Assembly (NCBI GenBank): GCA_016788825.1
Contig: JAEUSD010000003.1
Span: forward strand, 757-64,756
Length of the DNA stretch: 64,000 bases
Direction of reading: 5' to 3'
Origin: Candidatus Doudnabacteria bacterium
GTDB taxonomy: Bacteria; Patescibacteriota; Dojkabacteria; J137; JAEUSD01
This document shows positions 45,535 to 54,620 of this stretch, piece after piece. The position numbers were made by a program, and so were the translations under genes. The notes beneath the pieces were generated by a model. That model saw only the letters and a program-made list of their open reading frames with translations, searched no databases and was not told the DNA's origin. Numbering within the stretch: the first letter of the stretch is position 1; every line of letters begins with the position of its first letter.

Positions 45535-47238
45535 TTACTCTTGTGCTACGCGCATTACTTCTTCTAAGGTGGTCACCCCGTCATCCACCAGTCGAATACC
45601 GTTGATAAACATTGGCATATGTTCTTGTCTGATCATCTCTGCGGCAAGCTCATGTACTGGAACTCTGTCGATTATCAATCCTCGTACCTTATCTGTTATC
45701 TCAAACACCTCATAAATTCCTATTCGACCTTTGTAACCTGAATTCCCGCAACGAGCACAGCCCACTGGCTGGTGCAAAGATACAGAAGCTAGTTTCTCCT
45801 TCTCCTCTGCGGGTAAGGCAATTTCTTCCAGCTGCCTCTCGATAAGTTTTTTGGAGATACTATCAATTTTTATTTTTTGTTTGCAGTCATTACATAACTT
45901 TCTAACCAGTCGCTGGGCAATGACAAGCTGCAAAGTAGAGGCAAGTAGAAAAGGCTCTATGCCCATGTCAATAAACCGGGGAATAGCTCCTGGGGCATCG
46001 TTCGTGTGTAAAGTTGACAATACCAAGTGTCCGGTCATTGACGAGTGGATCGCCATGTTGGCAGTTTCCTCGTCACGGATCTCTCCGACCATGATAATAT
46101 CAGGGTCCTGTCGCAACAATGACCTTAGCCCATTTGCAAAGGTTACCCCAATGGCCGGGTTCACCTGCGTTTGATTGATCCTAGGCATACTGTACTCAAT
46201 CGGATCCTCAATAGTATTGATATTCACATCTGGCCGGTTAAGTATCTTCATTACGGTATACAAAGTAGTGGTCTTTCCGCTTCCTGTCGGCCCAGTTACT
46301 AAAATCATGCCATCTGGCCGTTGGATCTTCTCTTCAATAACCTTCAATTCGCTTCCCGAGAACCCCAGGTCTTTGAGTGTAAGGTTCTTCACCGATTCGT
46401 CCAAAATTCTAATCACAATCTTTTCCCCATGGTATGTAGGCAATACAGACACACGCAACGATATGGGAAGATCGTTTACTCGCAAACTGATACGACCATC
46501 CTGAGGACGACGATGTTCGTCGATCTTCAGATCCGCCATAATCTTAATGCGCGCTACCAGTAGTGAATGTGTGCTCTTCAAGAGAACCAACATGTCGTTT
46601 AAGATTCCATCCATCCGGAAACGGATGATCACATTGGCTTCAGTTGGTTCGATGTGAATATCGCTGGCGCCTTCGGCAATTGCATACTCCAGGATCGAAT
46701 TCACGGCTTTGGTGATGGGAACGCCTTCGGCGATGTCCTTGACATCAAGCGTCTTACCAAAGCCGCGTTTGTCGTCTTCGAGAACTTTTGAGAATAAATT
46801 TTGAATGTCGGACTTGTAACCTTTGATGACTGATTGAAATGACGCCAAATCAGTAATGTAGGTCTCTAGCTCTTTACCAGTTCGTCTTCGGATGTACTCC
46901 AGCGCGTACAAGTCACCGGGGTTTACCATCGCCACCTGCAACTTATGACCATTTTCGCCAAAGACAATCACTTCGTGTTCAATGGAGAATTCCTTGGGAA
47001 TCATCTGCAAGAAGTTTGGGGTTATCAAAATCTTCCCTAAACTAACATACTTAAAGCCATACAGCCTAAGAAAATAGTCATTAATCAGTTGGGGGGTAAC
47101 GAGCTTATCCTTGATTAACTGGATTGCTACCAGGGTAATGTCTCCTCCGCTTTCTGCGATAATCTCAGACAACACCTTCTCATCTACAACTTTGTCATCT
47201 AGGAATGCTTTTTTTAGATTTTCTAGACTGTATTGCAT
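45535..47238 (-). CDS. pilB: Type IV pilus assembly ATPase PilB (GspE family)
   Basis: 567 aa with Walker A (VTGPTGSGKTTTL), Asp and His boxes and a tetra-Cys (CNDC...CARCGNSGYKGR). Confidence 0.9.
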   Translation of the reverse strand: MQYSLENLKKAFLDDKVVDEKVLSEIIAESGGDITLVAIQLIKDKLVTPQLINDYFLRLYGFKYVSLGKILITPNFLQMIPKEFSIEHEVIVFGENGHKLQVAMVNPGDLYALEYIRRRTGKELETYITDLASFQSVIKGYKSDIQNLFSKVLEDDKRGFGKTLDVKDIAEGVPITKAVNSILEYAIAEGASDIHIEPTEANVIIRFRMDGILNDMLVLLKSTHSLLVARIKIMADLKIDEHRRPQDGRISLRVNDLPISLRVSVLPTYHGEKIVIRILDESVKNLTLKDLGFSGSELKVIEEKIQRPDGMILVTGPTGSGKTTTLYTVMKILNRPDVNINTIEDPIEYSMPRINQTQVNPAIGVTFANGLRSLLRQDPDIIMVGEIRDEETANMAIHSSMTGHLVLSTLHTNDAPGAIPRFIDMGIEPFLLASTLQLVIAQRLVRKLCNDCKQKIKIDSISKKLIERQLEEIALPAEEKEKLASVSLHQPVGCARCGNSGYKGRIGIYEVFEITDKVRGLIIDRVPVHELAAEMIRQEHMPMFINGIRLVDDGVTTLEEVMRVAQE

Positions 47239-47287
47239 GGGCAGAAACTACACAATATAGAATAGAATATATACTCGGACTAAGCAA

Positions 47288-48493
47288 TTATTTTGTCGAA
47301 GCTTTCAGCCTAATCTCAAAATCGCGCAACACATTCATATAAGCCACAAATGCCTCATAAGGAGAGTTGTAAGGATTGAAGTACTTATGAACGTCGCCAT
47401 CATTGAACCACTTTGTACACATGTAGTAGAAGTGGTCGGAGGTCTGTAGGCGGCGCCAATCTTCGATTAGCGCCGCATCATCTGTCTTCAAAACCTTTTT
47501 CTCCAATTTATAGATTTTATTCAAGGCATCGTGCTGCATTTCGTTGGATCGCCACGCAGACAAATCACGTTCAATATCGGCCCATGAGATGTAATCAGGT
47601 ACATCCAATTCTGCGGTCGGAGAAAACCTTTCAGCCGCTTCTGCTGGCGTCACAAAATTATTGTCAGGGTGTTTGAGAATCTCTGCAGGCATCTGGCGCA
47701 TGAAATCAAAAATCCCAGTATCTTCCCATTGATGTTCACCCAGTGTTTCATAATCCATGAACAAATTTACCAAATCCCCACTGCCATTAATCGCCGAAAC
47801 CCAAGTACCAAACTTGTCAGCAGTGAGAGGGAAGTCTGCCCAGTCACGACTTGAAAATCGGAAAGCGATATCGTCAGACAAACGATAATTCTTTAGCAAT
47901 AGTTTGGTATTGGGCTGGCCAGGAGGTGCATATACAAAATTGGGGCTTCGCCAGCCCAAAACATGGTCCGCGCCTTCCGTGAGGATTACATCATATCCAA
48001 GTTTATGAACCTGTTTAGCCAAATCATTATTATAGATGAATTCGGTATTGCGGAACGTCCGTGGTTCGTAGTTGAACAGATCCTTAAGCTTGCGACGATG
48101 CATGTCCACTTGCTCCTTAAATTCTTTGGCGGAGTAGAGGGCCGCTAAGGAGTGGTAGTAAGTTTCACTGAGGAGTTCCACGCGGCCCGTGTCTACCAAC
48201 TGTCTAAACAACTCGATCACGTCTGGCCGGTGCTCCAACAATTGATCCAAAATCACCCCCGTGATCGAGTAGCTGACCCTAAACTCTGGATAGGTATTGA
48301 GTAATTCGAGCATCAACCTGTTGGCAGGGACATAGCATTTATCTGCTACCTTATTGAGGATATCTGGATTGGAAAGCCGGCTCCCTGCTTCGGATTGAAA
48401 ATAGTCCGGTCGTCCAACATCAAAGATGCGGTAGTCGCGGATGCGGTAAGGTTGGTGGACATGAAAGTATAAACAAACAGATGCCATACTCAA
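47288..48493 (-). CDS. Glycoside hydrolase family 57 protein (alpha-glucan-active)
   Basis: 401 aa. The N-terminal CLYFHVHQPYRIRDY is the GH57 hallmark. Confidence 0.75.
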   Translation of the reverse strand: MSMASVCLYFHVHQPYRIRDYRIFDVGRPDYFQSEAGSRLSNPDILNKVADKCYVPANRLMLELLNTYPEFRVSYSITGVILDQLLEHRPDVIELFRQLVDTGRVELLSETYYHSLAALYSAKEFKEQVDMHRRKLKDLFNYEPRTFRNTEFIYNNDLAKQVHKLGYDVILTEGADHVLGWRSPNFVYAPPGQPNTKLLLKNYRLSDDIAFRFSSRDWADFPLTADKFGTWVSAINGSGDLVNLFMDYETLGEHQWEDTGIFDFMRQMPAEILKHPDNNFVTPAEAAERFSPTAELDVPDYISWADIERDLSAWRSNEMQHDALNKIYKLEKKVLKTDDAALIEDWRRLQTSDHFYYMCTKWFNDGDVHKYFNPYNSPYEAFVAYMNVLRDFEIRLKASTK

Positions 48494-49758
48494 TTGTACG
48501 CTAAGTTTTGCTCTGCGACCAACTGTTTATAGATTTGCTTGCATCGGTAAGCAGCTCTGTCCCATGTCGAGCGTAGAGCTTCTTGCTTTCCATTCTGGGA
48601 CAAAGTATTACGCAAGCTGCTGTGCTCAAGCACCGAGACCATCATATTTACCATTTGGTCGACATCCCAGAAATCAACTTTGATCGCGCCCTCTAGAACT
48701 TCCCCAACCCCAGACTGCTTAGAAATAATTATTGGAGTCTCGTGCAGCAGGGATTCCAGGGCGACAAGTCCAAAGGGCTCAGAGACAGAGGGCATTACAA
48801 ATAAATCAGCAGCAGAGTAGATACGTTCACGATTTTTGCCACGCAAGAAACCCGTGAATACAACCTTATCCCCAATTCCCAGTTTAACTGCCTGGTTAAT
48901 AAGTTGTGGTTCTAGTTCTCCTGAACCGACCATAAGAAAGAGCGTATTGGGTCTGTATTGGAGGACTCTTTGGGCCGCTTGGATAAATATGTCTGCACCT
49001 TTTTGCACAGTGAAGCGGCCCAAGAACAATACAAGCTTCGTACCATTATCTTTCAAGACATTTAAGCCATCGGATATCTCAGAAAAAGTTTGCAGTGCAT
49101 TCTCTGCCTGGGAGATATCCGACTCATCTATACCATTGTGCACAACCTCGATCTTGTCGTCGGCAATTCCGTACTCTTGCATAACTATACTCTTAGTGTA
49201 CCCTGACACCGTACAAACTTTATCAGCAAACTCCAATCCTTCCTTCTCGATTTTAATTACGCCGGGGTGTCCGTTGTTCCCGCCTGTGCGGTCGTACTCA
49301 GTCGCATGGATATGTACCACCAGAGGCTTTCCAGATACTTGCTTGGCGTTGATCCCAGCCAGAAAAGATAACCAGTCGTGGGCATGAATGATATCGAAGG
49401 TTTCTTCTTCTGCAATTTTTCTGGCGGCCTCGCCATAGCGGACAACTTCTGCAATGAGGTCGGCACCATAAATACCATTGCCAGCATACTTGAGACTGTC
49501 CGCATAGATAGAAGAGGTGATATAAGGGGTGAGAAGTGAGTCCACCTCCCTGAACTTAACTTGAGCACCTGGTAACTCAGCAAAAGCAATTTTCATGTAA
49601 TTGTCTAGCAGGGGAATACGACGAGGGAGTACGAAGGTTATCTCCATATCTTCGAGGTTGCTCAATGCACGGGTTAGACCACGACAAGCTACCCCCAATC
49701 CTCCACTGTTATGAGGTGGGAACTCCCACCCAAACATCAAAACGCGCATGGGCTTCAC
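48490..49758 (-). CDS. Glycogen/starch synthase-like glycosyltransferase (GT4/GT5)
   Basis: 422 aa. The N-terminus is MRVLMFGWEFPPHNSGGLGVACRGLTRAL and the C-terminus has EPFGLVALESL. Confidence 0.75.
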   Translation of the reverse strand: MKPMRVLMFGWEFPPHNSGGLGVACRGLTRALSNLEDMEITFVLPRRIPLLDNYMKIAFAELPGAQVKFREVDSLLTPYITSSIYADSLKYAGNGIYGADLIAEVVRYGEAARKIAEEETFDIIHAHDWLSFLAGINAKQVSGKPLVVHIHATEYDRTGGNNGHPGVIKIEKEGLEFADKVCTVSGYTKSIVMQEYGIADDKIEVVHNGIDESDISQAENALQTFSEISDGLNVLKDNGTKLVLFLGRFTVQKGADIFIQAAQRVLQYRPNTLFLMVGSGELEPQLINQAVKLGIGDKVVFTGFLRGKNRERIYSAADLFVMPSVSEPFGLVALESLLHETPIIISKQSGVGEVLEGAIKVDFWDVDQMVNMMVSVLEHSSLRNTLSQNGKQEALRSTWDRAAYRCKQIYKQLVAEQNLAYN

Positions 49759-49831
49759 GAAATATAGATAAAACGTTTAGGCGTAAAGACTAGTCGGTGC
49801 ACCCTCAGTCTAGGCATCTAGCGCTTTGGTG

Positions 49832-51799
49832 TCAAGCATAATCTGGCGACAGCGATTTCTCTTTCTGGATGAAATCATTCACCGTTTTTATGTATTCAGC
49901 GTGGCTCCACGTAAGCGGCGTGGCAGACAGATGAGCTCCAGTTTGCGGGTGGAGTTGCTCAGGGAGTAAGCTTCCTGGCCCTGCCCAATTATTCACCCAT
50001 TCCAAAATTTCGATCGCTGGTTGCAAATCGTCAATACTTTTCGCTGTAGATATCAGGTACTGAGCCTTCCACAAAGTTGTGACGATCCAAGGATTTCCGG
50101 GAACTTCATGGGAAACTCGGTAGTAGTTATCGTTCTCGTACCTTGGCATACCACCAACACCACACTTGCAGCCTAAGCGATCGAAGGTATTGGTGATAAC
50201 TTTAGCAAGCAACGGATCATGAACATCTAGTACCCCGAAACGATAAACACCATACACAGCAGAAATATCTTGGATCTGATCATACTCAATATTGCCATCG
50301 GAGTAGGAGAGTGAACGATAAAAGAGCCCTTCCTCTTCATTCAGTAGATGCTCCAGAATTGCTTGCTTGATCTCGGCGGCGGCGGTGGTATATTCTGCGA
50401 AGCGGGTTTCCTTGCCGAGTACCTCGGCCAAACTCGCCGCCGCCATCAAAGCCCCGTATACAGCGGATGCAGTGAATGTGTGTACTGCGTAACGTTCCTC
50501 CCACAAGTCATAGCTCGGTTGTGGCAGTTTGAGGTCAGGATAACGGTAGTCTATCAAGAAATGGGCCGCTTTCTTCATCAGTGAGTTATAAATTTCCTCA
50601 ACATACTCCAAATCCTTTGAATTTTGGTAGTAGTTATGCAAAGCAATTAGTACCAACGCAGTCTCGTCTTCTTGAATCGGAAGCTGAAACTTATCCCCAC
50701 GTACCCAGGGGTGCCAGGAACTACCCAGAGAACGGTCCGCTCGGTACTTGTGCATAAAATATCCACTATCGCTGATTGTTTCATTGGAGAAATCCAAGAA
50801 CCTGGCCGCGATATTGTGGTACCCGCTATCGGCCAAGGCCATAGCGGTAAATGCAGCATCCCGCGGCCAGTGGTAGCTATAAGTATCCCGGCCGTATTTA
50901 AGTAAGTCGCTATCCGCGGAGGCAATAATTGCCCCTCTGTTATCTACATGAGTGCGGATAACGATCAAAGATTTCTGATACAAGTCCAACAACTGGGGTG
51001 ATAGCAACTTTGAGCTTGGTGTATGAGTGTGTGACCAAGCTTCCCAGTACTCAGACGCAGTCTCCAATAGATAATCCGGAGTACGATTGATCACGTACTT
51101 ATTTAGTTCAAGTGCTTCGTTGACATACTTGCCGATACACATCCAGTAGTTCACAGTTTGGGCCTTATGCGGCAATAGCTGGAGTGTAACGCCAAGCACA
51201 GAGTCTACCAACCCGTGTTCGATCGGGTTCTTTTCTAATTTCCCGTCCTCAGCGTCCTTGAAAGTTCCTTCTTTCCCCTCGATCCCAAAAATCCCGACGC
51301 TATAATCTTCAAAGGGTCTGTTATTTACAGTGGCATTGAACAAAAATACGCGCCTACCCTTGTAGTGGACTAGCACATGGTGCGATGGGTCATAGTAAGC
51401 AGTATCGCCTCGGTGAGATTCATAAATCTCAAACTGGTGATTGAAGTACACTTTTACTTCTCGGGTATGTTCGGCCAGGTTTGTAAGCTTTACTTGGCGG
51501 ATGTAGATTGTCTTCTCGTTATAAACAACATCATTGAATACCACTTCGATATGAAGATGTTCACTCGTTACCTTGACCTCGCCCATCATATTGCTGCCCT
51601 TGTATGTCACTGCTACCTGCCAAATAGGGTTATCCAACCAATACATTGCGCCATCAACGAATAGTCCAACTTTATGGATAAATTTGCCGGCTAGGTGATT
51701 TTCTAGCCCGACGTAGGGGTAATACAACTCACGGATCTGTCCATACTCGTCGTAACAGATGAGTAAGTTTCCATTTCCGAGGGCGAGTGATTTGGACAT
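49832..51799 (-). CDS. GH15-family glucoamylase/glucodextranase-like protein
   Basis: 655 aa. LALGNGNLLICYDEYGQIRELYYPYVG is the typical archaeal-type glucoamylase N-terminus, followed by an (alpha/alpha)6-barrel-sized C-terminus. Confidence 0.7.
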   Translation of the reverse strand: MSKSLALGNGNLLICYDEYGQIRELYYPYVGLENHLAGKFIHKVGLFVDGAMYWLDNPIWQVAVTYKGSNMMGEVKVTSEHLHIEVVFNDVVYNEKTIYIRQVKLTNLAEHTREVKVYFNHQFEIYESHRGDTAYYDPSHHVLVHYKGRRVFLFNATVNNRPFEDYSVGIFGIEGKEGTFKDAEDGKLEKNPIEHGLVDSVLGVTLQLLPHKAQTVNYWMCIGKYVNEALELNKYVINRTPDYLLETASEYWEAWSHTHTPSSKLLSPQLLDLYQKSLIVIRTHVDNRGAIIASADSDLLKYGRDTYSYHWPRDAAFTAMALADSGYHNIAARFLDFSNETISDSGYFMHKYRADRSLGSSWHPWVRGDKFQLPIQEDETALVLIALHNYYQNSKDLEYVEEIYNSLMKKAAHFLIDYRYPDLKLPQPSYDLWEERYAVHTFTASAVYGALMAAASLAEVLGKETRFAEYTTAAAEIKQAILEHLLNEEEGLFYRSLSYSDGNIEYDQIQDISAVYGVYRFGVLDVHDPLLAKVITNTFDRLGCKCGVGGMPRYENDNYYRVSHEVPGNPWIVTTLWKAQYLISTAKSIDDLQPAIEILEWVNNWAGPGSLLPEQLHPQTGAHLSATPLTWSHAEYIKTVNDFIQKEKSLSPDYA

Positions 51800-51805
51800 G
51801 GCAGT

Positions 51806-52645
51806 TTATTCTTTTAAATGCTTATACTTCAACAATGCGAGCGCCCCATACAGACCCCCGACAGTTCCAAGTTCTGCTACCTTCAATTGGGGTAGTTCAG
51901 GAAATACAGTTGGGATTCGGCGCCAATACTGTTGAACCTTAAGTAAATTTATCAGCTTCGCATTCACAAGTCCACCACCCAAGATGACTACCTGAGGTGA
52001 CCAGAAGCAATTTAAGTTGTGCAATGCAACCGCAATCTCTTCATGAGCCTGCTCCCAGAACTCTGATTGCTGTAAATTGTGAGGCTCGACATTATATTTC
52101 TTTTTTATGGCCGAGCCGGAAATATGCTCTTCCCAAGAGGAAAGCTCCTCGAGCTTACGACTTGGCTGCCAATTTAAGATGTGGTGCCCAGGTTCAAACC
52201 CAAAGTATGCTTCATCAAGTCGCCCATTCACGATCCGCACGCCGCCAATCCCCGTACTGATAGTTATGTACGCTGCAATTGCGGTATCTTGACCTGCCCC
52301 GTAGAGAGCCTCTCCCAACCCTACAACCGCTGTGTCGTTCTCCAGATAGACAGGAGACATAGTGATACTGGTAAGATCTTGCAATATGGGTTTATCTTCC
52401 CAGTTGGGTAAATGCGGTAGTCGTAAGAAGCGATCTCGCAAAGGCGAAAGCGGGCCAGGGAGGCCGCCTGCGGCGGCCTCAAATTTTGTCCTCGGTGCCA
52501 AGGCATCAATAACCTGCGCGATAACTTTCAACGCCGTTGAATAGTTTTCGGGCGTATCAACCACCTTATAATCATCTATTTGATTACCATCTTTGGTGAT
52601 GCCAAAACGCATTCGCGTGCCACCAATATCGAAGACCAAGTACAT
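51806..52645 (-). CDS. ROK / BadF-type sugar kinase (glucokinase-like)
   Basis: 279 aa with MYLVFDIGGTRMRFG (ATPase phosphate-1 motif). No zinc-finger Cys motif. Confidence 0.7.
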   Translation of the reverse strand: MYLVFDIGGTRMRFGITKDGNQIDDYKVVDTPENYSTALKVIAQVIDALAPRTKFEAAAGGLPGPLSPLRDRFLRLPHLPNWEDKPILQDLTSITMSPVYLENDTAVVGLGEALYGAGQDTAIAAYITISTGIGGVRIVNGRLDEAYFGFEPGHHILNWQPSRKLEELSSWEEHISGSAIKKKYNVEPHNLQQSEFWEQAHEEIAVALHNLNCFWSPQVVILGGGLVNAKLINLLKVQQYWRRIPTVFPELPQLKVAELGTVGGLYGALALLKYKHLKE

Positions 52646-52662
52646 ACTATATAATACACTAT

Positions 52663-54030
52663 ATGTTCCAAGCTAACAGGCTACGTAAGTTAAATAATTC
52701 TCCAAGAACAAAAGGGCCGATCATCTATTGGATGTCTAGGGATCAGCGTGTCCAAGACAACTGGGCGCTAATCGCTGCCCAGGAAATCGCAATCAATGAT
52801 AACCAGCCGTTGGCCGTGATATTCTGTTTACAACCCAGCTTCTTAGGCGCCACCTTGAGACATTATGATTTTATGCTGAAGGGGCTCGCTGAGTTAGAGA
52901 ATGAGTTATCCAAGTACAAGATCCACTTCGAGCTCATGCTTGGTGACCCTCAAGATGTGATCCCAAAGTATGTAGACAACAACCAAGCAAGCTGCGTAGT
53001 GACAGACTTCTCTCCCTTACGGATCGGTAGACAATGGCGAGAAGAGTTAGCAGAAAAGCTTCCAATACCTTTGTACGAAGTTGATGCACATAACATTATT
53101 CCTTGTTGGTTAGCCTCAGACAAGCAGGAGTTTGCAGCAAGGACGTTTCGACCCAAAGTAGCAAAACTTCTGGAAGAGTATCTTGTCGATTTCCCCAAAC
53201 TGCAGACTCACCATCTCCCCTGGGGGAAAGAAAAAGTAGGTATCAACTGGGAAAAGTTGAGGGCTGATTTAATATTAGATGAAACCGTTCACCCTGTGTC
53301 TTGGGTAGTCCCTGGAGAAGCAGCTGCTCATGAGGTCTTAATCGATTTTCTTGAGAAGAAGCTGCTACATTACGCTGACCAGCGTAATGACCCAAGCCGA
53401 GATGCATTATCTAACCTGTCACCGTATCTACACTTCGGCCAAATATCTGCCCAACGGGTTGCACTTAGTTTACGTAATAAGAGAGATGTGAATGCCGAGG
53501 CATTTTTAGAAGAGCTGATAGTGCGAAGAGAGCTTTCGGATAATTATTGTTACTACAATCCCAAATACGATCAAGTGTCAGGCTTTCCTGCTTGGTCTCA
53601 ACGAACGCTAGCTAAACACAAACAAGACAAAAGAGAATACACCTACACGCTCGAGCAGTTTGAGGCAGGTCACACCCACGATCCAGCATGGAACGCAGCC
53701 CAGCTAGAAATGGTGAGTACTGGGAAAATGCATGGATACATGCGCATGTACTGGGGGAAGAAAATTTTAGAATGGAGTGATTCACCCGAAGCTGCTTTAC
53801 AGACGGCGCTCTACCTAAATGACAAGTATGAGCTTGATGGGCGTGACCCAAATGGATATGTTGGCTGTGCATGGGCTATAGGCGGCGTTCATGACCGGCC
53901 CTGGCCAGAAAGACCCATTTACGGCACCATACGGTACATGAACGCCGCCGGGCTCAAGCGCAAATTTAACCTCGCCAAGTACATCGAAGCTGCCAAAAGT
54001 TCAAAGTTCTCTGGGGCTGAGGTTGACTAA
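52663..54030 (+). CDS. phr: Deoxyribodipyrimidine photolyase, class II (CPD photolyase)
   Basis: 455 aa. PIIYWMSRDQRVQDNWALIAAQE is the class II N-terminal signature. The FAD-binding C-terminal domain has the Trp triad region. Confidence 0.8.
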   Translation: MFQANRLRKLNNSPRTKGPIIYWMSRDQRVQDNWALIAAQEIAINDNQPLAVIFCLQPSFLGATLRHYDFMLKGLAELENELSKYKIHFELMLGDPQDVIPKYVDNNQASCVVTDFSPLRIGRQWREELAEKLPIPLYEVDAHNIIPCWLASDKQEFAARTFRPKVAKLLEEYLVDFPKLQTHHLPWGKEKVGINWEKLRADLILDETVHPVSWVVPGEAAAHEVLIDFLEKKLLHYADQRNDPSRDALSNLSPYLHFGQISAQRVALSLRNKRDVNAEAFLEELIVRRELSDNYCYYNPKYDQVSGFPAWSQRTLAKHKQDKREYTYTLEQFEAGHTHDPAWNAAQLEMVSTGKMHGYMRMYWGKKILEWSDSPEAALQTALYLNDKYELDGRDPNGYVGCAWAIGGVHDRPWPERPIYGTIRYMNAAGLKRKFNLAKYIEAAKSSKFSGAEVD

Positions 54031-54059
54031 GGCAGACTTAGCATATAAGCTGGTATATA

Positions 54060-54620
54060 ATGCTAAAAGGCTTCGAAATTGCCAAAACCACATTTCTGGT
54101 ACTCATGTTGTTTGGAATTATGACCGCTGCATTTGTCAGCACACTGGCATTGTCCCCCATTGCGACAAATTTGAACGATACTCAGGTTGCTGGCATATCC
54201 AGCGAAGGGGAGATACTCTCCAACTTTATCCCGCTTTCGATCCAAGATACCAATACAACCTCAGATATGTATCAGACACAACTTGTAGAAGTTTCACCAA
54301 GGGCATTCAATTATTTCGCCAAAGTTGCGTTTGGAGATAAGCAAGAAATCAGCCCTAAGTTCATTGCAATCAAAAACGATAACAGTTCTACAGTTACTAT
54401 AACTGTTTCGGCGATTGTACCCCAAAGTGTACAGTCGGCATTAGATATATTTGTAGTTGAACCTGGCCGTACCCACTCGGTCGCTGACGATCAACCGCCA
54501 TATACAAAATCCATTACCCTGGACGTTCCGGCTGGACAAACTTTAGAGTTGGGGCTGACTTATTTTGCAGTACGCGCAATTAACTTCCCAGTTGATATAG
54601 CTTTCCAGCTTACCTACTAG
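54060..54620 (+). CDS. Secreted or membrane-anchored hypothetical protein
   Basis: 186 aa with an N-terminal hydrophobic anchor (TTFLVLMLFGIMTAAFVSTLAL). No motif. The stop overlaps the lepA stop by 4 nt (convergent). Confidence 0.4.
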   Translation: MLKGFEIAKTTFLVLMLFGIMTAAFVSTLALSPIATNLNDTQVAGISSEGEILSNFIPLSIQDTNTTSDMYQTQLVEVSPRAFNYFAKVAFGDKQEISPKFIAIKNDNSSTVTITVSAIVPQSVQSALDIFVVEPGRTHSVADDQPPYTKSITLDVPAGQTLELGLTYFAVRAINFPVDIAFQLTY

